DNA of 63,490 nucleotides, the filler included, from Squatina squatina (lineage: Eukaryota), in assembly GCA_031763465.1 (NCBI GenBank). It is 4 parts of 4 records of this genome, joined end to end, with 100 filler letters (N's around TTAATTAATTAA, not from the genome) between each part and the next. Parts side by side here need not be neighbours in the genome. Positions count along the whole stretch, not along the records: positions 1 to 17,239 come from JARFOE010000176.1; positions 17,340 to 31,702 come from JARFOE010000189.1; 2 more parts are not named here. The stretch is one strand, 5' to 3'. Below, one piece after another: positions 11,250 to 22,646 of the stretch; positions within the stretch are counted from its first letter, which is position 1, and every line of letters begins with the position of its first letter. The notes beneath the pieces are model-generated. The model ran no database searches. It was not told where the DNA came from and was given only the letters and a program-made list of their open reading frames with translations. A program made the translations under genes and the position numbers.

Positions 11250-12550
11250 NNNNNNNNNNNNNNNNNNNNNNNNNNNNNNNNNNNNNNNNNNNNNNNNNNN
11301 NNNNNNNNNNNNNNNNNNNNNNNNNNNNNNNNNNNNNNNNNNNNNNNNNAGCTGCCCCGGGCAATGACAGTGACAGCTTCAGGGGATCTGTACCGGGCAG
11401 CCGGCCACCAGTGGGGTGCAATTTAAAAGGGAAGTAGCTGGCTGCTCAACAATAAAGTCTCCGGTTTTGTTTTCCTCAGCGGTGCCGCTTTGGACGCGGG
11501 GTCGTTGCCTCTATCGCTCAACCTGGCACTCTGCTTGAGGGCCTGGCTGATTGCAAGGCAGCCCCGCCTCCCAGTCATCCAAGTAGGACACTTTTTATTC
11601 TGCAGAGTATGCAGCTTGGGCCCTTCCCTTTAATTCAGGGAAAAGCCCTTCCTATGTGGCAGCGCTATGCGGCCCAATATGTAGCACTGCTGAGCCATGC
11701 GCCCCGCTACCATCTCCAGAAAGGAAGTGGAGTGCTTCATTTAGCATTCCACTTCCTTTCGGGGGCGGTAACCCCTATTTTGCGTGAGAGGCAAGACTTC
11801 TGCACCTGGCGCAAAGTCTCGGGCCTTGCGAGTGTTACTGTCCCCAAACGGCGCTCCTGAATTTCTATGCCAATGTATATATATACAAAAATATTTTAAT
11901 AGTCAGGCATGATATGAAATATTTATTGTTTCTTATCCTCAGCTTTATTGAAAGGGATGGCTGCTTACTTTGATTATATTAAAAAGGGATTTTTTTTCCA
12001 CCTTGACCTAAATGCACTTGTTTGGCTGTAAACATCTCTCACTGAGTATCCTATAGGAAGCATTGTCAAGGTACTGCAATGGAATCTCAACTACTGCCAA
12101 CAAAAAGCTCCACCTGCAAATTAAGCATTAATGATTAGATGTCTGAAATGTTTCTTGTATCCAAGAGTTGTTAGACCAAGAAGCACATAACCAACTTTTT
12201 ACTGGAAGCAGATGTTAATGGTGTTTGTTGAAAGTAAAAGTATCTGAAAAACCAGTCAAGCCCTTGGTATGACCCTCTGATGTGTACAAATCCCTGATGT
12301 TGTCACTGGCCCTCCATGTTACCTTTCTAATAACATAAAGTCAACCCCCTTGCATGCATTTTTGTCTGTCCAATCTATTTCATGGAACAAGTTTCTGCTG
12401 GAACTATTTTATTCGACTAATAGAGAATGATGGTTCAGCCATTTGCCATTGCTATCCACTAGTCTGCGCTATTGTATAAAGCAAACACATTGCAACTTTG
12501 TTTCTTGCAAGTTAAGATTTTCAAAGTCAGCATGGCATTTAGGTTAGATC

Positions 12551-13497
12551 TGGGGTTGCCAACCCTCCCGGACTGTTCGCATGTCTCCAGGAATTACCGA
12601 TTGAACTCCAGGGCACTGCTGCTGGAAACCAGGGCGAAAATGCGGAAAGAGACCCCTTCCTCCCACTGTCATGAAGGAGAATTCATGAAAGACTGCAGTC
12701 AGCCACTCGAAGATGTCAACACTGGGGAAATGGCCAGGGTGGCTTGAGTTTGGTTGCCAAGTTTGGATCGAGTCCAAACTGGACAAGAGGTGAGATGGAT
12801 TTGCAAAATATGTTAAGCCAAAAAAAGATTAGTTTAAGCAAATTTTAAAAACATAATTAACTTCAACCTATATTTCTTAACATAGATGTGCTGTATAAAT
12901 AGAAGACAAAAACACAAAAACCACTGGGCTGCATGGCTGCACTTAATAAGACTAGGAATCTTTGACAAGGATTTGTTTAGCTTAAACAAGCTTCATTTGA
13001 AATAAAATTCACTCGGCATGAAACTTTTGCATTTGAATAACTGTACAAATATCAACATGTACAAAAATGAATCAAAGTGCATAAGAGATAAAACTGGATG
13101 AATTATGATTTTATTTTGCTAAAGAAACTGCTGTAAAATCTAGTACATAACTGACATCTATAAATTAAGGAAAATGGCTTGGACTGATGTGACTCTAAGT
13201 TTTCCAAAAGAACAAGTCTAAAAATATGGGTGCACCTTAAAAATCTTGCCTTTGCAACAGATAAGGTGGTTACAAAAAAATACAGAATACATGACAGCCT
13301 ATTTGCACAAAGTAGCTATCCTTAAACTATTGTAATTTTTTCTAAAAATACTGTTATGCACAAGCAAAGACACAACTACAGGGGACCCAACCATTATAGG
13401 GTAAATGTATAAACATTAGCAAAATGTGGGCAAGTGTCACCTGATTGTCATGTGATCAAACCTCCAGGAACACAGCCAACCAGAGTTGGCAACCACA
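12551..13497. mobile_element. Non-autonomous hAT DNA transposon, 947 bp (Blackjack-like TIR)
   Basis: TIRs TGGGGTTGCCAAC / GTTGGCAACCACA match 12/13. Perfect 8-bp target-site duplication GTTAGATC at 12543-12550 and 13498-13505. Confidence 0.88.
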
Positions 13498-13844
13498 GTT
13501 AGATCATCCTACATACATATATAAAACGTGTTCAAATACCTGATGCTCTACAATCTTGAAAATCTTTTACTCATTTTAAATGTCTTCTACACATTTTTTT
13601 GCAGTATTTTGTGATACATCTTTTGCTATGTATACTAGCTGCTCTGTATAATAATTTGAATTGAAAACATACTCATAATCCAATATAAATATTCTTTTTT
13701 AAATATATTAAGCTGCAAGAATATTCAAACACTTTAAGTGTTTTNNNNNNNNNNNNNNNNNNNNNNNNNNNNNNNNNNNNNNNNNNNNNNNNNNNNNNNN
13801 NNNNNNNNNNNNNNNNNNNNNNNNNNNNNNNNNNNNNNNNNNNN

Positions 13845-14030
13845 CTTCAGTGAAGACAGAGACCAAGTATTTGTTTAATTTCTCTGCCATTTCCTTATTC
13901 CCCATTATAATTTCTCCTGTCTCATCCTGTAAGGGATTAATTTACTTTTGCTAATCTTTTCCTTTTTACATTCCTATAGAAGCTTTTACAGTCTGTTTTT
14001 ATGTCTCTCGCTAGTTTACTCTGATATTCA
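13845..14030 (-). mobile_element. CR1 ORF2 fragment
   Basis: MGNKEMAEKLNKYLVSVFTE, the CR1 motif between endonuclease and RT. Confidence 0.8.
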
Positions 14031-14718
14031 AAAAGGGGTCAATGACTGTTTAGGCCCCATTCTCCTGGACCATTAGACTCTGTTACTCACAATACTGCCA
14101 GATGTGTTATTAGCACAGCCAGACACTGCTTCATCCCCATGCTCTGAGACACTCTTCTAAATCACAGTAGACCCCAGGGCACCCCTCCCTAGACTTACCC
14201 TCCACTTCACAGCGCTTCTAGGACCCAGGGTCACCACCAGTGCTGGTAAATCAGTGTACCTAGTAATACTGTTTGGGATAACAGCCCTGTTCTTAAAAAC
14301 CACTGTGAGCAATACCATATGGTACCTGTTAATTTTATATATATCAGAAATAAAATGTCTTCCTTTACTTTGAATGAAATCATCAGGAAATGTTTCAAAG
14401 AATTACTGATGGCAAAGGTGATGTTACTCGTTCAACCTACACAAATCAAAATGGCAAGACTGCTGAAGCGCCTTGGATTAATGACTATTGTTACTAAATC
14501 AGCTTCTTCACATCAATGTCTCAGTAACTGTTCCCAGTCATTTCCACTGATTAGGCCAAGCTTTTCATTATATCTTACTGCAATGTATAGATTTCATTCA
14601 ACAACCTTAAAAAGATGAATTTGCATGCACACAATATATACACACACATGCACACAAACAGAACATCACTGGTCTTAAAATATATATGGATTTGCAAAGA
14701 AAAAGAATGAATAATTAC

Positions 14719-14900
14719 CTTTCTCGAAGAGATAACCGCTTTAACACTGGGCTTTGTTTCTGGAAAGATGAGGGTGCTGAATAGCCCATTAGAGTCGTGG
14801 CAGGAGAGAATTGTCTGCCAGCTGGTCCTGACATAATATGCTCATCAGTGTCTTCAAAAGAATCATCTAGAAGATCTTTCTCATGTGGTTTCTTGATGGC
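14719..14900 (-). CDS. SPATA6: Spermatogenesis-associated protein 6, internal exon, 182 bp
   Basis: ttccag| acceptor and AG|gtaatt donor. AIKKPHEKDLLDDSFED...SAPSSFQKQSPVLKRLSLRER resembles recalled SPATA6 (RTPHGRDFDDSLE...SAPS...SPVLNRASLRER). Convergent with SLC5A9, as in human. Confidence 0.85.
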
Positions 14901-16362
14901 CTGGAAGATAATAAAACAGCTGTAATTATCATCAGAAATATACAAAAGGAAGCAAATAACAGTCTTTAGAAATTCAACTGTAACTGTATCTTGATCTGAA
15001 GGATGCTCCAAAATTAAGCTCTGTCCATGCTTTTTAAATGGCAGAAACTATTGTAAAACAGCAGCTCTATTTTGCTCATTAACAAATTACCAATGATATG
15101 ATTTGTGTTACTAAGTTATCAAATGTAGCTTTTGTCTTTTGAATTCTGAACCTGTTTTAGTAAACAACAATGTCTAAATGGTGGTAAAGTGAAGTTTGGT
15201 TCAGTATTTTCTGATCATAAATCAGCATATTCTCTGACCTACCATTAGCAGTGTCATGGGAGATGTATCAGTTTATAAATAAAAGTCTTGCGCCTAATGT
15301 GCATTTTTTTCAATCCAATTCAGGCATTATACAAATTTCAGTCTCAAACTTTCACCTGATTAAATTAGATATCATGAACAAATTACAATTGGAGATAGGA
15401 ACATGCAAATCCAACTCAAGGAAAGCAGACAGAAAAACTTCCAACAAGGAACTACTAAGGAAATATGAAACAACAAATCAAACATGTGCAGTCGGAAAAA
15501 ATCTACCAATTAAAAAAAAAACTGATCACTTCAAATACTGTTTGAAAATCCTTTCGACCACTGTCTTGCTTTGTCCACTGCAACCGAGCAAATACTACCA
15601 GAAATAAAGTTTGAACATAAAATTTACAAGAAAATAATTAATAGAATATTATTTTTGTTTTCAGTCAGAGGCAAGTGCTCCTCTGAGACACTTGTGACTG
15701 GAATTCATGGGCTTTCCCAAAACCATCATTGCCAGAGGAAACCTCTGTAACATAACAGGCTACAGCTCCCAACATGCACCTCCACCGAGAGCTCCCAGAA
15801 TTTCTTTTAATTATTAATAGTAGGGATGACCATTCACAGAGTACTAGGGCTAGTTGTATCTAAGCCCCATCCATCACCTGCAATCCTGTTCATCATGGAA
15901 AAACTACTGAAAACAAAACAAAAAAATTCAGGCAATCCCTTTTTAACAGCAGTGAAAGTAACCAGATCTTATTTAAGTGTAAAAAAAGAACTAAAGTAAA
16001 ACATGAACTTTTCTATATTTCCTGAGCTAATTCTGCTTAAAAAGACAATGTAGGTTATTCAATTAAAGGGCTTGTATATTTAGCAAATGCAGCATGTGTA
16101 ACAAACCAAAATTAGCAAAAATAAATGAATATATTTTGAAGAACTGTACAATTTTTCACGTTTGGAGGAGGTTTTGAACAAAAGTTCTGAATTTAAACAT
16201 GTTTATTGAAGCAAAACTTTATTAGCATTAAGTACTATTGCAGAGATAATTTATAAAGAAGATGCAAATTAGTTTAATCTATTTAAGTTTAATTTATATC
16301 TTGACCTTCAATACAAAACACACAAGTGCAGATGTACGTCAAAAGCTGCTCCTCCATATTAC

Positions 16363-16423
16363 CTGCAGAGATTGATTGATTTGTGTAATTTTGATTTGTA
16401 AGGACAACAAATATATTATCCAC
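16363..16423 (-). CDS. Candidate small upstream SPATA6 exon, 61 bp
   Basis: ttcttactgcag| acceptor, CAG|gtaata donor, open frame VDNIFVVLTNQNYTNQSISA. Not phase-compatible directly with 14719-14900, and similarity is weak. Confidence 0.25.
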
Positions 16424-17239
16424 CTGCAGTAAGAATTTTTTTTACAGGAACCAAACAATTTACTGGTGATTTCTTATAAATTTTCTTTTCAACTTATTTC
16501 AAAGGAGACATGCAGCCTTTCATCATTTCTGCACCCAATGTCACCCCCCACCATTTCAACAGTGTTGGCTCTGAGTCACCATGAGCAACACCAGAGGAGT
16601 TGCTAGTTTCCAAAAAAATGCGCACATTGACATTATTTTATTATGGGAGACAATTTTAAAAGGGGCACTAAACTCAAGTGATGAAATCCACCCTTTCATT
16701 CTTTGATTTAAACTTTGTGATCAATTTTCATCTTCAGGCCTGAATCAGTTCTAATTTGATTTGCACTGCTTTATGCCCCACCTGAATCTGAAGTGCAAAT
16801 AGCACTCAATTTTCTGGTCTATGCTCATTTGCATAATTATTCACAAACTAAGGAATGAGATCAATGGTAGAAGATGAAAACTGTGTGCACGTTATGTTTA
16901 AAGGGATGAAAGCAATTAAAGGAGAGATATATAAGGCGGGGCATAAAAATTCAGGAACTTTCTAGAGACGCTTAAAGAGCATGTCAGCCTAGAAGCAGCC
17001 TTTGCCAGGGATGGCAGACGAAGAAGCGACAGACCAAGATAAAGGAAAAGGAAGCAGACATGAGTCTGAAGACAAGTGATGGCACAGCCCAACACCTGCC
17101 CTCCTCTTTGATGCTGAAGTTGAAGTAATGTTAGGTTTATTCATTTCCCAAATGTTTGATGTATTTTTAAAGTTTATAGTGGTGTTTAAACGATAATGTG
17201 AATTCTGTATTTTAAAGTAATATTATTGATTGTCAGCCA

Positions 17240-17339
17240 NNNNNNNNNNNNNNNNNNNNNNNNNNNNNNNNNNNNNNNNNNNNTTAATTAATTAANNNNN
17301 NNNNNNNNNNNNNNNNNNNNNNNNNNNNNNNNNNNNNNN
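17240..17339. other. Artificial scaffold spacer N44-TTAATTAATTAA-N44
   Basis: The identical 100-nt construct occurs three times. The 12-mer has stops in all six frames, and gene content changes across it. Confidence 0.97.
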
Positions 17340-18609
17340 TTTTCACATCTTTTAGAACAAATGTTATTTTCCAATTAAGTGTGCACTGGTACAATGTACG
17401 ATGTCATTATGTTGTTGCATGATGCTTCTCCAGTGATTCCCATACTTCACCCTAAAATTTGTTATCTCTGCAGGCTCGAAGGACCAAATGGCCTACTCCT
17501 GCACCTATTTTCTATGTTTCTATGTTTCTACGTTTAGCAGCCCTAACATAACTCACTCAAAATATTAATTCTGCTTTTGGTACACATGAAACAAGACTGG
17601 AGCATTTCCAGCTTATAATCAGAAGTCAACAAAAATGAACTATTAATGGCAGTCTAAAGTGGATTATTTTGTAAACCAGTTTGCTGCACAGAAAGGTATG
17701 TCAACCTCAACATATCTTGCACATATAAATGAATTAAATGTCAGAATGACATTACACTGTCACACTTCAATGGTGCATTATGAGAAATTACAAGTCATCC
17801 TGTTACTAAACCCATTACAACAATGTATTCTGCATATGAGATATCATTTTGTTTTATCAAGAGCACACTCTTGGTAAAAGCTGGGTTTAATATAGGTCAT
17901 TATGTTGTATGGAGATTTACAACTGCACTGGAACGACAGTTCTCAAGTGATGCATCCTGCTCATAAATCCCTATACAGTGCTATAAGGGATTTATAGCAC
18001 AACCTTCTAAGCTTCACATTTTGGCAGTATACTTTTAAGATATTACCAGTGGCATGCCGAAGGAAGCCACATCAATGAAATAAAGAACGTGCACAAATAC
18101 ATGTTATTCAGCTCTAAACTGGGCTGATAACAAGAACAAAGTGACAATGAAGTTAATTCAAAAATGTATTCAGTTCCACATGAACTGCTAATAGAGAAAG
18201 GNNNNNNNNNNNNNNNNNNNNNNNNNNNNNNNNNNNNNNNNNNNNNNNNNNNNNNNNNNNNNNNNNNNNNNNNNNNNNNNNNNNNNNNNNNNNNNNNNNN
18301 NNNNNNNNNNNNNNNNNNNNNNNNNNNNNNNNNNNNNNNNNNNNNNNNNNNNNNNNNNNNNNNNNNNNNNNNNNNNNNNNNNNNNNNNNNNNNNNNNNNN
18401 NNNNNNNNNNNNNNNNNNNNNNNNNNNNNNNNNNNNNNNNNNNNNNNNNNNNNNNNNNNNNNNNNNNNNNNNNNNNNNNNNNNNNNNNNNNNNNNNNNNN
18501 NNNNNNNNNNNNNNNNNNNNNNNNNNNNNNNNNNNNNNNNNNNNNNNNNNNNNNNNNTTTAACCTTATGCTTCTGTTATTTATATCTGCCCTTTTTGGGA
18601 CCCACATAC

Positions 18610-18672
18610 CAATCCCCAATTAAGAGTATGATCGTGGCCTGCTCTCAGACAGTTATAAATGCTAATTCTGAG
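18610..18672 (-). CDS. Unidentified gene A, exon, 63 bp (phase 0-0)
   Basis: ttgttctttgcttacag| acceptor and TTG|gtatgt donor. Encodes LRISIYNCLRAGHDHTLNWGL and splices in frame to the exon at 18875-19095. Confidence 0.65.
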
Positions 18673-18874
18673 CTGTAAGCAAAGAACAATGCAAACTATG
18701 TCACTATTTGACTCAGTCTCCTCTTTTCCTCCTTCTGGACAAGCACCTGAATTACCACCAATGTGATAAATTTAACACCATCTGTTATTTATTTGTTTCT
18801 TGCTTCAACCTACAGTTTATATTCAGGACAGAAACATTTAAAACATATACCAAATAAGCAATTTGTAGGCCTAC

Positions 18875-19095
18875 CTGTGGCGAATAACCTATAAGAGCCC
18901 AGAGGTATCCAGCTGTCAAACTCCTGTGATGTGAAAATTCAAGTTCATCTGCCTCTTCTCGATTCAGAGCTATGTGTAAACAGCCGTGGTAGTCACCTAT
19001 CAACCGTTGCCCACCATGCAAGTCCAAAATGTCCCACGTGCCGATTTTACCAAGCGCTCTTGTTAAATCATTGATGTGGCGGAATGATAAGTGAC
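18875..19095 (-). CDS. Unidentified gene A, exon, 221 bp (phase 1-0)
   Basis: ttcag| acceptor and CAG|gtaggc donor. 73 open codons: HLSFRHINDLTRALGKIGTWDILDLHGGQRLIGDYHGCLHIALNREEADELEFSHHRSLTAGYLWALIGYSPQ. Confidence 0.75.
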
Positions 19096-19253
19096 CTGAA
19101 CATGTATTGAAAAAAAAATTAGTATCTTTATTTTGTTCTTTAATACTATGAAANNNNNNNNNNNNNNNNNNNNNNNNNNNNNNNNNNNNNNNNNNNNNNN
19201 NNNNNNNNNNNNNNNNNNNNNNNNNNNNNNNNNNNNNNNNNNNNNNNNNNNNN

Positions 19254-19857
19254 AATTTCTCTGCAAATTTGCCCCTCCATATTTTTCCCATGAGTCGGCA
19301 GCCTATAGAATGCACAAGTGGTGTAATGGCACCTCTATTATTTCTTAACTCTAAACAAATAAATTCTGTCCTTGACCCCTCCAGAACATCCTCCCTCTCC
19401 AGCACTGTAATATTCTCCTTAACCAATACTGCCACACCACCTCCTATATTTCCTTCCCCATTTTTCCTGAACACCCTATGTCCAAGAATATTTAATACCC
19501 AATCCTGCCCTCTGTGAGCCAAGTCTCCGTCATTGCCATGACATCATATTCCCATGTGGCTATTTGCGCCTGCAGCTCACCAACCTTGTTTACTATGCTT
19601 TGCGTGTTCACATACATACACTGTAAACCTACCTTAGACCATCCTGTGTTCTCTCTTAGTCTGACCCCATCTAATACTTTACTATTTCTTGCTTTAGTTC
19701 TATCCGTCTCTCCCAATCCTTTGTGCCATTTGTACAGGTCCTAATGCCTCAGGAATCTGAAGCCCTCCCTCCTGCCACACATTCATTTGCTCTACCCTCC
19801 TATTTCTGTACTCACTCACGCGTGGCACCAGGAGTAATTTGGGGATTACTACCTTTG
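19254..19857 (-). mobile_element. CR1 fragment spanning the ORF1 end (SGNH esterase-like) and the ORF2 endonuclease start
   Basis: KVVI..LLLVPRVSEYRNRRVEQMNVW, then LQCMYVNTQSIVNKVGELQAQI...DVMAMTETWL and GGGVAVLVKENI. Confidence 0.85.
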
Positions 19858-21031
19858 NNNNNNNNNNNNNNNNNNNNNNNNNNNNNNNNNNNNNNNNNNN
19901 NNNNNNNNNNNNNNNNNNNNNNNNNNNNNNNNNNNNNNNNNNNNNNNNNNNNNNNNNCTTCACCTATAAGTCTGATGCATCATTTTCTCTTGAAAATAGT
20001 TTTTAACCTGTAAAAGATCCTTTGTAACTGAAGAGCTATTTTGTGCTCGATAAAACCAGGACAAGTATATGTTTGGTAAGATTGAATGAAAGGCCATCAC
20101 ACACACAGTCATAGTTTGAGCTGACAACACACGACAGGATGTGTAACGCACTCATTCCCAACAGCCTAGCTAGCTGGATGAATAGATCAATCTTTTTATC
20201 AAGATAACACAAATATGACCAAAAGATTTACCCAAATTAGCAATCTGATTTTTATTCACACAGTGGGGGAGAAGGAAGAGGAAAACTCTTGCCAAATTTA
20301 CTGTTTGTCAGGGCCATTCTCCCGGGGCTTGCAAGAACCCACAAAATCCACAGGCCACAATGCAACATTTTCTCCACTGTCTGTGTTTAAAATATAATAA
20401 AAGCTCAACAGGCTGATAAAACCAAAACACAACGAAAGCACAACTTGCAATCTGTCCCAATACACGGGCACCAACGCACATTGCTCCATGGGACTGGACT
20501 TGCATCATGTGCTTGTAGAACTATTCAGAAATCAAAGTGCCCCATGAGTTTTTGACTCCATTAAAAAAGTACAATGGTGTCCATAGATGCTTAATCAGGC
20601 TGTGCAAATCGGGCAGTGTTCCAGAAACTAGGGATATAATGTAAAACATGCTTTAAACAAAAACATTCAAGGAAAAGCACATGCACCCAGAAATGACCCC
20701 ACAGACCATAGTGAAGGAATACAGGGTTTATACTGTATCGACTTCCAACTTTGACAAAAAAACATGAACCAGTATACCAAAAATGGATGAATAGTCCTTT
20801 CCGATAGTTTCTCGTTATAATCTCAAGGATCAGTGACAGAGTGTGAGTGTACTTTGTGCCAATTAGTCCAATCATTCCCCTGCAAACAGTACATTCATGA
20901 GGCTGGATCACACTTCTGTGCTTGTTAAATGCCTAATTATGTAACTTAGGACTTTGCAGTCAGCAGAATCTCAAAGGCATAGTTTCTAAACATATGGCAA
21001 CTTTTGCGTGCTGATACTACTCAAACCTTAC

Positions 21032-21180
21032 CTTAATTTTCTGAACCGGATCTGCTAATTGCTTGATTGAGGTGTTTTTAATCAATTCTGTACTCTCTGG
21101 TACCTGCAGCAGCCAGCAGTTGTCCTGCGAGGATACTCTGCCATTCCAATTCCTCAGATCCAAACAGAATACTCCTTGTC
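21032..21180 (-). CDS. Unidentified gene A, candidate exon, 149 bp (acceptor uncertain)
   Basis: attttag| acceptor and strong AAG|gtaagg donor. Open frame QGVFCLDLRNWNGRVSSQDNCWLLQVPESTELIKNTSIKQLADPVQKIK. Confidence 0.5.
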
Positions 21181-21628
21181 CTAAAATATAATCAGCCAAA
21201 TCAACAAATTTAGTTTCAAACAGACTGAGTATTGGGGTACTCACTGAACTGTGATGCTTTACAGCAATAAACATCAGTGTAGCAAAGATTTGAACCAAAT
21301 CAGAAACAAAAAACTGGACTTTGCCAGGGTGTCAGCGGGTGCGATTGGTGATGGGTCGGGTGGGGAAAGTGGTTTTTCCCTCAGCGGGTTGGGACCCCGC
21401 TGTGAATCTACCACCACGCACCTTTCCCCAATGTCGGGTCTGTCAGTGTTCAGCAGACCCAACACACAGTGGCGGGTTCACAGCGGGGGACCTAATTTGG
21501 TAAATTAGTGGNNNNNNNNNNNNNNNNNNNNNNNNNNNNNNNNNNNNNNNNNNNNNNNNNNNNNNNNNNNNNNNNNNNNNNNNNNNNNNNNNNNNNNNNN
21601 NNNNNNNNNNNTGTACACGACTGTACTA

Positions 21629-21787
21629 CACTGGGACCCCGCGATAGCACAGCCCGCTATAGCATGGAACTTGGTTTAATGCGGGTCTGTCTTGGATCCC
21701 ATTTAAACCAGCGCTTTAAAAGGACCTCGCTATAACACGGTCCCGTGATATGGACTCCGCAGACTACGTTATAGTGGGGTCCCAGTG
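21629..21787. mobile_element. Tc1/mariner-pogo (Tigger-like) MITE, 159 bp
   Basis: TIRs CACTGGGACCCCGCGATA / TATAGTGGGGTCCCAGTG, flanked by TA on both sides. Confidence 0.85.
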
Positions 21788-21938
21788 TATTAACAATTAA
21801 AACTTGGTAGAACAGCTGCTTTAAACCTATTCACAAAGTAATTACACTTCATATTTTGGACCAATATTGGGCTAATATTTAAAAATATATTAAAAAAGAA
21901 TGTAACTAATTACTAATGTTACTAACAATGCACTTTAC

Positions 21939-22074
21939 CTTAACTTTAAAAGAAATTTCTGAAAAGCTTGCAGTTCAAAAACTTTTTCTTCATTTTCAGG
22001 AAATTCAGAAGGGCCACATGCTTGTTGAACCTGGACCAATCGACTTTCAAACTTCAACATCTTTCTATGTGAAA
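21939..22074 (-). CDS. Unidentified gene A, candidate exon, 136 bp
   Basis: ttttttgttaccag| acceptor and AAG|gtaaag donor. Open frame SHRKMLKFESRLVQVQQACGPSEFPENEEKVFELQAFQKFLLKL. Confidence 0.5.
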
Positions 22075-22586
22075 CTGGTAACAAAAAAATCTATAAATAC
22101 ACTGTATAAACGATAACAATATAACAATAGTTCCATTAACTTTATTCTTTTTACTGTTGTTATCGGCAAGAATTTAGGATATTCTCTCAGCAATATGGCA
22201 TATTTAACATAGGAAAAGGTACAACGGCATTTCACAGTTGGAGGGCAGGTTCCACCTGTGCAGGAGCAGGAGGGGACTTGGGAAGGTGGCTGAAGGCACT
22301 GGTGCATAAGTAAGTTTTAAGGAAGTTTTTAAAGTTGGGGAGTGATGTGGAAAGGGAGTTTCAGAGTGGGAGTCGGACGGCTGACATCTCTATCACTAAT
22401 GGTAGAGCGGAGGGAGGCTAGAATGCATAGTGGAACAGGATTGAAAGACTGGCAGCTGCAGGCGAAGACACAGATGGTTTGAGGGGNNNNNNNNNNNNNN
22501 NNNNNNNNNNNNNNNNNNNNNNNNNNNNNNNNNNNNNNNNNNNNNNNNNNNNNNNNNNNNNNNNNNNNNNNNNNNNNNNNNNNNNN

Positions 22587-22646
22587 ATGGGCAATAAATG
22601 CTGGTCTTGCCAGCCACGCTCACATCCCATGAATGAATAAAAAAAT
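22587..22646 (+). mobile_element. LINE 3' tail (RTE-X-like)
   Basis: ATGGGCAATAAATGCTGG...CACATCCCATGAATGAAT followed by an A-run. Confidence 0.55.

Noticed and set aside
16920-17140. TATA box plus short ORF as a host promoter and first exon
   Set aside because: The downstream FDAEVEVML-like peptide resembles the start of Harbinger Myb/SANT ORFs, so it is probably a transposon remnant. There is no other support.
17284-17295. Recurrent palindrome TTAATTAATTAA as a biological repeat or recombination site
   Set aside because: It is always centred in exactly 44+44 Ns, which marks it as a synthetic linker.
18785-19522. 245-aa ORF fusing a CR1 endonuclease to the gene A exon
   Set aside because: The frame is only continuous through a 100-N gap, and the exon has its own acceptor at 19096.
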